From: Marsupella aquatica
Taxonomy: Eukaryota; Plantae; Marchantiophyta
Direction: 5' to 3'
Length of the DNA stretch: 64,000 bases
NCBI GenBank assembly: GCA_973895155.1
Contig: OZ316895.1
Span: 7,428,184-7,492,183, forward strand
Below, one piece after another: positions 50,770 through 62,240 of this stretch. The notes under the pieces are model-generated. The model searched no databases and was not told the DNA's origin. It was given only the letters and a program-made list of their open reading frames with translations. The first letter of the stretch is position 1. Each line of letters opens with the position of its first letter. The position numbers were made by a program, and so were the translations under genes.

Positions 50770-52400
50770 CTGGCAAATTTATATGGTTGCCCAGGAGATC
50801 CATTCAATGCTGCCCATTCAGAGTCGCACCCAGAAGATGAAGACATGCACTATTCTCCATGGGAAATTGATTTATTGTTGCTCATTGAAACCCCCATTCA
50901 ATCAGCCGCCTTAGAGAATGCATTACTGACTTACTGTAGCCCTTTGCTGAGAAATTGACTTATTGGGCCCATTGGAACCCCAATTCAATCAGCCGCCTTA
51001 GAGAATGCATTACTTCAGCCTTGCTGGGAACTTGAATTTATTGGGCCCATTGGAACCCCCATTTAATCAGCCGCCTTAGAGCATGCACTAGCATTGTTGG
51101 GATATTGATTTATTGTTGCCAATTGCATCCCCTCATTCAATGTTACCTGTTGTAGCATTGCCCATTCCATTGGGCACATGAGGTGAAAGACATGAGAGCA
51201 GAGTTTTTATTTTTTATTTTTTAATATTTTAAGGGAAAATCTATGAAACCCAACAGAAAAGGAATAGTCAGCCACAACATTTGAACTCTAGACTTATGAG
51301 CTACCACACAACCATGTCCAACATTTGAACTCTAGACTTATGAGCTACCACACAACCATGTCTCTCTGAGTCAATCCCTAGGCAGGATTAGGCAGGGCCA
51401 CTTTAACAAAGGGAAATTTTGAGAAAAAATAATAATTTAAAAATTGCCAAATATTTAGGTGACAGAAGTGTCTAGTCAGGAGCACTCATGAAGGAGGGAA
51501 ATTTCAGTCACCACAATGGCTACTTGCCCCAGACCTTTAAAGAACCTGCATGTGAGTGTATGTGTACACATTTCCTGTCACAGGTTGCCCATGGGATCCA
51601 TTAAGACAATGCTGCCCCTTTAGAGTCTCACCCAGAAGGTGAAGACATGTACTAGCCTCTATGGGGAAATGGTTTTATTGTGGCCCATTGGACCCCCATG
51701 CAACCAGCTGCCTTGGAGCATGCACTAGCCTTGCTGGAAATTGATGTACTGTTGCCCGTTGGATCCTGCATTACAATCAGCCCCATTAGAACCATGTCAG
51801 GAGCGCACGCAAAGTGAAGATGGGGGGGGTGAGCTTTCCTGGAAAATTTATATATTGTTGCCCATTGGATCCGCCATTCAATGTTGCCTGTAATAGCACT
51901 GCCCACAGCGCACATAAGATGAAGAGATGAGAGTGTAACTATGTCTTCACATTTTTGAATGAGAATATTTTTCATTTTTGCCCATGGATCCTGCCATTCA
52001 ATGTTTTCAGTCGTCTCAATTGTCCATTGAGCACAAAAGGTGAACACACATGATGTTATTATATGGCTTCACATTTCCAAATTAATGCTACTTGTGGAAA
52101 TCTATTTACTCTTGCCCATTGGATCCCACCACAACGTGGCTTGTTGAAATGTGTTGCCCATCACACACAAAGGTGAAAACATGAGGGTGTACATTTCCAA
52201 ATGTTACCTAGGAATTATATAATATGTTGCCCGTTGGATCTTCCACTCGATGTTGCCACTGTCTTAGTTATGCACTGTGCATAGAAGGTTGAGACAAGAG
52301 GGTGTATGATTTCACATTGAATGTTTCTTGAGAATTTTATTTATTGTAGCCCATTGGATCCCGCCATTCAATGTTGCCCCATTATGGCACTGAGCATCAG
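50770..52400. repeat. Degenerate satellite-like array (TTTATTGTTGCCCATTGGATCC..CCATTCAATGTTGCC..AAGGTGAAGACATG units), interrupted at ~51200-51580
   Basis: The core GCCC(A)TTGG(A)TCC recurs more than 10 times; an isolated unit lies at ~58880-59015. Confidence 0.75.
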
Positions 52401-52454
52401 CAAGTGAAGCCTGTTGAAATCTTCCGTCCTGTGCTATTCTCTTCGCTTCAAGTG

Positions 52455-52804
52455 AACCTGTTAGCGGGAACCCGGGTTCACATTGGAACCCGAAGCCCGC
52501 CACGAACTTCATTGAGGGTCGACGAGAAAAGGGTGAGGGTGAAATTTCACAAAGTAACAAAGAATTTTAACTGTTTATATAAGTTTTCAACTTCTCAACT
52601 AGCACATGTCGAGTAGTATCTCGTTGGTTAGAATGTTTGGGTGGGAGTCATCAGGTGCTAGGTTCGAATCACGCTCCTGTCAGCATGGAGATAGTAGGTT
52701 TTGCAGCATTAAATGCAAGTACGGACACTAGTTTGTAAAAGAAATATTTAACCCTTTTGAGGGTGCAATATCATGGGACAAATCCGGGTTCCTGCCAACA
52801 GGTT
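52455..52804. mobile_element. 350-bp MITE with 24-bp TIRs and an internal tRNA-like A/B-box segment
   Basis: TIR AACCTGTTAGCGGGAACCCGGGTT versus reverse complement AACCTGTTGGCAGGAACCCGGATT (21/24). Direct repeat CAAGTG on both sides. Internal TATCTCGTTGGTTAG ... GGTTCGAATC. Confidence 0.75.
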
Positions 52805-53362
52805 CAAGTGTAGCACTTTGTGTCACTCCTATTCAATTCAAACCATTTGGAGAACATTGAAAGTACAAACCCTGCCCGACTCCACCTTAGAGATACCTGC
52901 ACTCCAGGAAACAACTTTCCCTTCATTGGAGATACATTCCCACCAATAGATAGACCACAATGAAAACAGACTTTCTCCACATTCCAAGCTAGTTACATCA
53001 GGCAACGTGGTAAAACCAGTCGGACTGTCTCAACACTAAGGGGGTTGACTACCAAAAATTGTAGGAACCACGTGCAATCCAAAATAAATATTTTTGAAGG
53101 GAATTAGCTCAATTCTTTAAAAACAGCCTAGGAGGTAAAAAAGGTATTATAAGCTCAGATTTATAAAAGTTAACCCCTTCAGTTTCAATGCCAATTGTGG
53201 CACAAATTACTCGGAGACTTCAATCATCAGCAATTGAACTTCATGACATATAATAGCCTCATGATGGGAGCACCAATTCTCCCCAACAGCTCTGAGATTG
53301 GTGACACTAGCATGAAAGCAATTCCCACAAGGAGTAGTAAGGATATGCACCAAAAGTAGCAT

Positions 53363-54702
53363 CTACTTGTCCTAGTGCACACAGATCTGTGTGGTCCTCT
53401 ACCACTCCCATATCTTACCTGTGCTAGGTACATCATGACCCTCACTAACAACTTGTCTCATGATAAGTGGGTGTACTTCCTGAAGCACAACTTGAGCAAA
53501 TCTTCTCCTATATCTTAAGTGTGCCAAGTACATCATGACCCTCACTAACAACTTGTCTCGTGATAAGTGGGTGTACTTCCTGAAGCACAACTAGAGCAAA
53601 GCTTCTCCTATATCTTAAGTGTGCCAAGTACATCATGACCCTCACTAACAACTTGTCTCGTGATAAGTGGGTGTATTTCCTGAAGCACAACTTGAGCAAA
53701 GCTTCTCCTATATCTTAAGTGTGCCAAGTACATCATGACCCTCACTAGCTAGCAGCTTCTCTCAATATCATTGGCGGGTATACTTGCTGAAACACAATAG
53801 CAAAGCTTTTGAGTGTGTCAAATCATTTAAGCTAAAGGTCAAAATTACCATGTCAACAAAAATTGCGTGTCTTTGGAGGAATAGAGGAGGGAATTCTAAG
53901 TATCATATTATTCATCCGATAGTGCATTAGTCTGGGAATCCGGACAACTTACAAGATCCTGCACCCCTCATCAAAACAGTGTGGCGAAAACAAGATATCT
54001 ATTGTGGCAACATAAAATTCAAAGTTTTTGTGGTGGCTAGAGGCAACAAATAGATTGAAGGATTTATTAGACTATGACAAGACATTCGCTCCTGTTGTTC
54101 GCTGCTCCACAATTAGACTCATTGTGGCTGTTGCTGTTGTAATGGTTGGGAGATCACCATATGGCTGGATCTCGGCACAACATTTCTCAACAACACACTC
54201 AAAAAGATCATTTCATGCTTCAACTACCGTGATTCTGTCACCCAAGCAAGAGCATCTGATCTAGTACAAGCTTTGACAATCTATCTATGGACTCAAGCAA
54301 AGTCCTCGAGCCTGGTACAAAGAAATTGATTCCTTTCTTTGTTCCAATGGATGCGAGAAAATGACCTTGATCCAAATATCTACATTTCTCAACAAAACAA
54401 CCAACTAGGGTTCATTCTTCTATTTGTAGATGACTTGTTAGTCACAGGTAACAGCACTATGCTTATCTCAACCATGAAACTTCATCTTTGAACCAAATAC
54501 ACAATGAAAATCTAGGTCCTACAGGGATTCATTTGCATCAATTAGTTGACATTCAAAGCTTACTAATAGACTATGGCATGATGTTGCCCTACTATCACTC
54601 CGCTCTCAAAAGGTTTTCATAGTTTCCGCTCTAACCAGATCTGATAACTACAGCCTACTATCTCCTCCACATTATTTGGGAAAACTCATCTACTTGACCC
54701 AT
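53363..54702 (+). pseudogene. Decayed Ty1/Copia pol remnant (integrase core joined by a deletion to reverse transcriptase)
   Basis: Frameshifted or stop-containing peptides: LVHTDLCGP, RYIMTLTNNLSHDKWVYFLKH, TPHQNSVA (integrase); VVARGNK*IEG, LDYDKTFAPVVRCSTIRLIVAVA, SIYGLKQSPRAWYKEIDSFL, ILLFVDDLLVTGN, GKLIYLTH (RT). The INT-before-RT order is diagnostic of Copia. Confidence 0.9.
53410..53810 (+). repeat. Tandem array of four 100-bp units derived from Copia integrase coding sequence
   Basis: CATCATGACCCTCACTA recurs at 53431, 53531, 53631 and 53731; the middle copies are almost identical. Confidence 0.92.
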
Positions 54703-54747
54703 AATTTAATTTTTTTCTTACATTTTAGGGGGCCCGAGGCCTAAAAA

Positions 54748-55090
54748 TGTCGCAGGTGATCATGGAGAGGCCTCCATATAGTGAGGCCCTTGAGCAGACT
54801 AGACAACAATGCGACATGCAATGCTGAACATGAGAGCACTCAATCTCACATTACACCAACAAGACACCATGATGGAGAAACTCTTGAAGGATCCATAGTT
54901 CATGAAAAAGTACATTGTGAAGAATCAGGGAGAGTTCTAATGTTCTCCCTCCAACCTATACCCCCTAAGGGGGCCAAGATGTGTGGGCCTAAACTAAGCA
55001 AATCTTATTCTAATGTAATCCATGGTTAACTAACCCTAGTAATTAAGGCCAAACTAACTAGAAGCCGAGAACTCAAGTCAATTCCTAACA
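54748..55090. mobile_element. LTR, family B, next to the Copia pol remnant
   Basis: Homologous to 34855-35145 and ends in CCTAACA. Left boundary uncertain; no TSD visible. Confidence 0.6.
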
Positions 55091-56448
55091 CATGCTTTGT
55101 CATAGCCAATCTGCAAACATTCTTGCAAAGGTACTACTGAGAGCCAAATTCAAATTCATTGACACTCAATATGCATGAGATTAGTTTCTCAAATTGAGTT
55201 AATTGGCTCAAAGTCACTCATCAAATCATTAGAAACATTTCAATAAATCACTTGTAGCAACAAAGTCTCAGCTGCAAACTGATGCACGTCACTTGGCCTA
55301 AGCTAACAATTTCTAATTGTCTCCCCAACAAGGTAGACTCCTGCTTCTCTACAACCCCGACTTGAGTTTATTATTTCAAAGTCCTACTACAAGGAGCTCC
55401 ACTTCCTCCCATGTGGTGAAAAATCATGTACAATGACCTCTTGCACCCACATAGTATGTTCAAGGTGGATCCTCAACAGCAAATGGAAAGCTCAATCTTC
55501 TTGGGATTGACACATCTGTATCATTTGGCATCACCAATTCACCAACAAGACTTGGATCTGTAGAAGCACTCTATGGTTCCCTCTCAAACCACTACTGGCC
55601 ATCAGGTTTGGGGAGGACAAAAGAGTGAATTTTTTTACTTTCTTGAGAACAATTTATTTGGATTTATTTTAGTAACCTGGATCCATAGGTTTTGCATTAA
55701 GGCTAACGGGTTTTTTAAGGGAATATTGCTCTTAGGTACATATTTTACGGGTCCAGTTAGAGACTCTTGCAAATTTATAAATTCAGAGAAAATTCCACAT
55801 CATCCGTTCATTCTTATCCGTTGGATTTTACTTATCAATGGTGGAGATTGCGCAACGTGTTGTATCACTCGTGTGACCATTCAAGACACTCGTGTGACAA
55901 CTGTGAAGAAAATATTGGGTTCATTTGCAAGAATGATACACATTCTTTGATGCCAAATTTAAACAAAAACTTGGATAGTACTTTGGGTAATAAAATAAGA
56001 TAACAAGCTAGTCTTAACCATTGATGTTTGTTGATCAATGATGAGAGTTGTGCAACGTGGGTTGATGCACAATAAAGTCGCTTGTGTAAAAAATTCCATG
56101 TGTGTGAGAATGGAAGCACGTGCAAGAATAGTAATGTGTGTGATAAGTATAATGCATGTCAAATCTATGCTAGTTGTCACTCAAAAACTGGGAAAGAGTA
56201 ATTATTAAATATGGGCCAGTAATGCGGGTCAACTAAGTTGAAGCCAAAATCAACATGGATCTCTAAACAAAATCATTTTTGTTCTACTCAAACAAACGGG
56301 CTGAACATTCTCTACGCGATAGAGGGAAAAGTTGGGGGAATCTAGTATTAAAGTTGGAGCTCAAACTTAGCTCCAAATTGTGAGTTAAGAATACATTGAT
56401 ATGACAATTTTGTCGTAACCCAATCTCAGTTACGCTAAGCCTACTTAA

Positions 56449-56915
56449 GGATGTGTGCACCTTAATATCTTAACTCATAACCTTATCAATTTCAAAGTTA
56501 CAATTGGGGTCAAACAGTACACCGACCCTTGCGGATGTGTGCACTATAATGCCTTAACTTGTAACCTTATTAATTTTAAAGTACAATTGGGGTCAAACAG
56601 TACACCGACCCTTGCGGATGTGTGCATCATAATGCCTTAACTTGTAACCTTATTAGTTTTAAAGTTACAATTGGGGTCAAACAGTACACCGACCCTTGCG
56701 GATGTGTGCACCAGAATGTCTTAACTTGTAACCTTATTAATTTTAAAGTTACAATTGGGGTCAAACAGTACACCGACCCTTGCGGATGTGTGCACTAGAA
56801 TGCCTTAACTTGTAACCTTATTAAGTTTAAAGGTATAATTGGGGTCAGAAAGTACACCAACCTTCCGGATGTGGGCACCAAGATGCCTTACCTTGTGATC
56901 TTCTTAATTTTTAAC
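56449..56915. repeat. 84-bp minisatellite, ~5.5 copies
   Basis: Units start with GGATGTG at 56449, 56533, 56616, 56700, 56784 and 56867; inner copies are most homogeneous. Confidence 0.93.
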
Positions 56916-57249
56916 GTAAAGACAATGTTATGTTAAGAGTAGTATCAAATGTTGATCTTGCTTTTGCTATTTCTATTGGAAAAGGAATTTCAAAAGGAAA
57001 TAACTCTCAATCTAAAGTCTTCTTATGCCTTTCTTTGTAGATAGAATATCAATATTTACATCTTTCAGTTGTCAAGATTTGAAAAATTATTTACAAGTAA
57101 AATATGAAACTCCAATTTCCACGTCAAACAGTTCACTAAGTTTAAATGAATATCAGATGTTGCAAATTATAACTTTTCACTTTCTTTTATCTAGAAATAA
57201 TTAACACAAATCAATGGACTACGGTGAAATCTTGGAATTGAACAAATGT

Positions 57250-58400
57250 TTGAAATATATTTATCACAAAATATATTAGCAATCACACTTCTGGACCATA
57301 AGGAGAGAAGAGAAAGAAGGCAAACCTGTATTTCAAGTTTTGTCAAAAAATTGAGCTTGCTATTGATTATAAAATTGATTTGTAAACTCTCCCAAGTTTG
57401 TCTGGCAACCAAGAGTAACATGTTCATCTCAAGAAAGGGTGAAGAGGGGGGCTCAACCATTGAATTGAAAGGACATTGGGCCACTTCACAACTAATAAAA
57501 TCCATACAAACTGTAATTATTAAACAAAACATGCAATGCTACAAACCTACCTGGGTCACATGATGAGAGCCATACAAAAAATACTCTGCCACTTGATGTA
57601 CGCCTCCAAGCTTGAATGTCTCCTGTAAACTATACTCCCACCTAGCCTGAAGTATGCTATTAAACCCCACTATGATCACCCTAGGCACACCAAAAGAGTC
57701 ATGAGTTCAACCTCTAATCAGCCTCCACAAGCACAACAAATTAGTCCCTAAATATTGAACACAACATCACTAATTCTCCTATCCATCCTATTTTTGTTCA
57801 ATTTGTTAGTTATAATCTCTACATAATGGAGAAAGCCACATTTAATAATAAGACAAAATAACATCATAAAGTACAATTTATTACATAATCCACATCATGC
57901 AAGAAAACAAGTGTTCATAGTCCCAAGAAAGTTGGTCTATATGACCTCTCTCTCCAACACCTATGATGATTCTACACTTATGGTTTTTGTCTTTGTTTCC
58001 ACTTGCCATGATCATTAGGACATTGATGAGAATTTTGTTTTATTAGAATGTATTAACAAATTGAATCTTCAAACTAAGTTGCCCAAGATAATATCATAGA
58101 TATTTACAACTAGTGATTCAATCCAAGCCATCGTTTTTCTTGTGGCATCCTCTTATTATTATAGAAGAGCTTTAGATGTCATTCTTACCAAAATTAAATT
58201 TTATGCACATGAATTTAAAACGACAGATTTATAACGCTCCTTTCAATGCACTTTGGCAATCTGATCTAGTTTCCTGGTTGGGATCAGAAGGGTCTCTGAT
58301 CAATATCTCATGCAAGTAATGCATGAAAGTGGTGATAAAACCCAACATGACAACAAAAAGGTAATCAAATGCTCTTGCATTGTCCATGCTTCCTGGCCCA
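57250..58400 (-). pseudogene. Possible highly decayed hAT-like transposase remnant
   Basis: Weak peptide resemblance only: FMHYLHEIL, VNIYDIILGNL.RF, and CLIITVCMDFISCEVAQCPFNSM...MLLLVARQTWESLQINFIINS (similar to the hAT C-terminal dimerisation pattern). Confidence 0.25.
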
Positions 58401-59404
58401 TTAGAATAGCTTCAGCAAACAGACTGCTTGATCACATAAGTCTAATTCCAAGCTTCTATTTTGATGGATGACTTTGGACCCCTCAGCAATTGTATATGAA
58501 ATCAGCAATCTGTACATCTTTTATGATCTGTCTTAGAGAGATACAAGGTTAAGACGAGGTGTTCAAATCTCTAGTCCTGAACTATTCTCTCCGTTGGCTG
58601 TCCTTATCTTTCGCCCGCATACATCTTCCTTCCAACTTAGTGGCATCATAGGAGTAGATCAGTGCACATTAGTTGCACAGTTAGCAACTGGAGTCCTATC
58701 CCTCTTGTGTTTACTCCTGCGTTCACTATTTGTTTGACTCACATTAAGTCATGTATTTCTCTTATCCAGGGACCACCAATGTTCTTCTTGTACTCTATGT
58801 CTGTCATTCAAGGCAGTAATTAGATTTTTCAGTACTTTGAAACTTTTGACAAAGCTGTGCTCAAGGGTGTATGTCTTCACATTTCTGACTTCTTCTTGAG
58901 AATTTTATTTGCTGTTGCCCATGGGATCCTGCCATTCATGTTGCCCATTAGTGTGGTGCCCATTGTGCACACAAGGTGAAGAAATGGGGGAGTATGTATT
59001 CCCATTTTTGAATGCTACCCACTGTGCCATCCACAATAAGTGCAGAAGTACTTAATTGCGGCAAGTGGGGTTAACTCCAAGTTCAAACATCACAAGTTGA
59101 CCACCTTTTGCACAACCCCATCCAAGCCCTTTCCACACAAAAGACTTGACATTAAATTAGGAAAATTGGAGGTCATTTTGTCATCACCAAAATGGGAACA
59201 TTCACGTCTAGGACTCTTGAATGGGACCCCTGAATGATACAGAAATGGCCATGGTATCATGCATTTACCGTCCTTGATTCCTTGCCTCTCTTGTCAGAAA
59301 ATTTCACAACCGGGTCAACATGGACAGGCTTGATTTGGCTAATGCTTTGCTTGGAGAGTCCCATACAAAGGTAACAATTTCTTGAAAACTGAAATTCTCC
59401 AATG

Positions 59405-59748
59405 TGTTGAGCATAGACGACATTCGTAATGGCAAGCCCATGAACCATCCAACGCACAATAGTCGACACAGAGAGATACATGGTTCACCTCCACATGAGG
59501 CTACGTCCACGGGAACACACAAGAGCTTTACTGCACTCTAGGCCGACCGGCCATACCAAACATCCACAGCAAAAGCTCTCCCTATCTCTCAACTAGCTCC
59601 GTAACAATGAGCCTAAGTTCCACCAGGGTCTAGCATCAGCCCTGGCTATATGCACACCAGCACTACCGCTAACATTAGCTAAGTCCTAACCAGAGTTAGA
59701 CTAACTGTGGTTAGTTCATGAGTCACAAGACTAGAGCAATATCTAACA
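59405..59748. mobile_element. Solo LTR, family A, 344 bp
   Basis: TGTTGAG...CTAACA termini, perfect 5-bp TSD CAATG (59400-59404 / 59749-59753). Same orientation as the copy at 2531-2874. Confidence 0.92.
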
Positions 59749-61958
59749 CAATGTGCCACAATGTGCCACAATGTGCCATGGTGCTGGCCAGGTTACACCT
59801 ATGGTTTGCAAGCTAAGGTTACCTTGATTTCATGAAAACAATGTCCAGATGGACTGCAAGCTAGTTTTGCTGATACTGTTTTTTTATTAAGTTAACCCCC
59901 AAACTGCATAGCCTTCTTAAGTGGCCCCAGAATGAATTTGACGGTAAACTACCCTGGCAATGATTAAATCTTGGCCATACATTCCAGCTATTTGAGTTCT
60001 TTATGATCATCCCATTCCTTGCAAGGCGCCAGCTTAGTACTTTTGTTCAATTTGGGGAGTAATGTAGTAAAGCAATAGTTTGTTGAAGACTGGCCAAATA
60101 TCTAAATTTCTCAGTTACCACATGCTACACTGACGATTAAAAGTAACACGTAAACCAAATTGTAATAGGTGATTATGGATGATGGTTTTTTGAGCTGGAT
60201 ATATCTGCAATAGCTCAACTTCTCAAGACCCACTTTGCTAGGTAGAAAAAGCATCAAATGAGCATTGCAATGAAGCAATTTTCACTCAATCGATCCCTAA
60301 CAGTCAAATTTTAAAATGTTAAGAGTGCCAAAAGCAAGAGAGGTTTCAAGATGTCCTCAACCCGGGTAGGCAGCCAGTCTGATACCCATTTCCTGTCCTA
60401 GCCTTGTGAATGTGAAGCAGGTGAGATCCATCTGAATTGCATGGTTCAAGGGCGAGGTCCATCCATGCTTCAGCTTCTTACTTTCACCAACACAAAGAAA
60501 CTGTTTTACAAAAAGTGTGTCAAATTAACCAAATTCTGGATTGGTACTCACCGCATTTGCCACTAAGTCCTCCCTAGTGCCCAAGGCCACCCACTCCCTC
60601 TGTGCAGCACACTATTGGCGGCCATCCTGATGGGGGCGCTCCAGGCCATTTGCCACCACCTCCTGCCCTGAGGTGGAGGCTGATTGCTGCCTTCCCTCTT
60701 CTTCATACTGGTAGTGCCATGTCCCTGCATGCCTTTCTACTATTTAGCCACATGATCACTCGCCTAAATCCATCTACTTGTCCAAGACCCTAAAATAAAC
60801 TGCTTGTGGCATTTTGGGCAACCCACCTTTTTGTCTGTAGGCAGGAAAAACAGTTCTCCACTGTTCTCAACATAGCAGTCAATTCAGCAGATTGAGGGTG
60901 GACCTCTTTCTGGACTTTTCAAACACTCTCTAGGATCTCTCGTCAAAAAGTTCAGTCGTTATCTCCAGTTGGCTTCTAGATCCAGTGGATACTTAAGAAA
61001 TTCTGTATAAGCAAAAGGTTTAGAATCTAGATCCCATCCATCCAATATTACCTCTGGGTATGAAAGGACTTTTTGTTAATTACTTAGTTAATCATTCTAA
61101 TTAAAGTTTGCATAGGATCTACAGCTACATGCAAACTTATAAATAGTATACAAAGAAAAGGTTTGAAATGGAGACCTTATCCAAGCTCATTTGCAAGCTT
61201 GACATGCAGGAAGACTGATTTAGTCACTTTTTGGAAATCATAAGCTTGGATGGAAAATGCAAAGAAATATTTGAAAATGTACAAACAGTGATTGAAGTAA
61301 ACATAAATCAGGGTTTGTAAAAACGGGACCATTGTTTTTTTTATGTTGGACTGTTTCTAATTTTGACCACTAGGTATCACTGAGTAACATTGATTAATTT
61401 AAGAATTCAAAAAATTGAACTTTACGTTAACCTTATATGACAAGCATAAGTCTAAAAAATGGATAAGTTATTCACTCATCTTCTTGCACATGTTGGAGAC
61501 ATCAATACACTATTAAACCATAGTGACTAAATGGGAAGGGTCAAACTTGTTACCTTAATCATGTTTGAGACATCAATACACTAATAAACCATGCCAAGAA
61601 AAATGGGAAGGGTCTAACATTGCACCTTTCTGCTTTAAAAATTGTTGGTAAGTTCATTTTGACAAGTTCATAATAACAACGTAATATGTAATCCTCCTCT
61701 TTTTCATTTTGAGAAGTTCATAAAAGCAATGTAATATGTAATCCTGCTCTTTCTTTTTCATGTCCGTTTGCAAAATGTCATTGTGGCTGGAAAGTGTTTT
61801 GACAATAATATTTTTAATGTACTAGAATGCAATCCTCCTCTTTCTTTCTCATGGCCAGCTTGAAAAATATCACTGTGGCGGGAAACCTCCTTGATTGCTC
61901 AACTATGGTGACAGTTTGCTCTCACCGTGAGATGGGCTTGAAGGTGCCGCTGTGTACC

Positions 61959-62240
61959 TTTTCTGTGCAGAACCTGTCACGCTCTCCACACAGTTCAGAG
62001 ACTCCTTAAAATCCTGTTGCCGGACTGGAATTCAACCATTCTGATTCCCCATAGGGTCCGACTCCCTCCCTGGCCATCTTTTTTATGCTCCATAGCACTT
62101 CCTTTTCTGTGTTGAACCTGTCCCGCTCTCCACAGTCCAGACACTCCTTGAAATCCTGTTGCCAGACCGGAATTCAACCCTTCTGATTCCCCCTAGAGTC
62201 TGACTGCCTGGCCATCTTATTCATGCTCCATAGCACTTCC
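61959..62240. repeat. Tandem duplication of a ~140-bp unit
   Basis: TTTTCTGTG..GAACCTGTC.CGCTCTCCACA...ATGCTCCATAGCACTTCC occurs twice (61959-62102, 62103-62240). Confidence 0.85.

Noticed and set aside
52610-52682. Functional tRNA gene
   Set aside because: A/B-box-like motifs are present, but no acceptor or anticodon stem can be paired. Similar weak tRNA/SINE-like bits near 3775-3820 and 17347-17398 were also not called.
56449-56915. CRISPR interpretation of the 84-bp repeats
   Set aside because: Whole units are repeated; there are no unique spacers.
2531-59748. One giant 57-kb LTR element carrying host genes
   Set aside because: Each LTR has its own matching TSD pair (GTTCC and CAATG), so they are separate solo LTRs.
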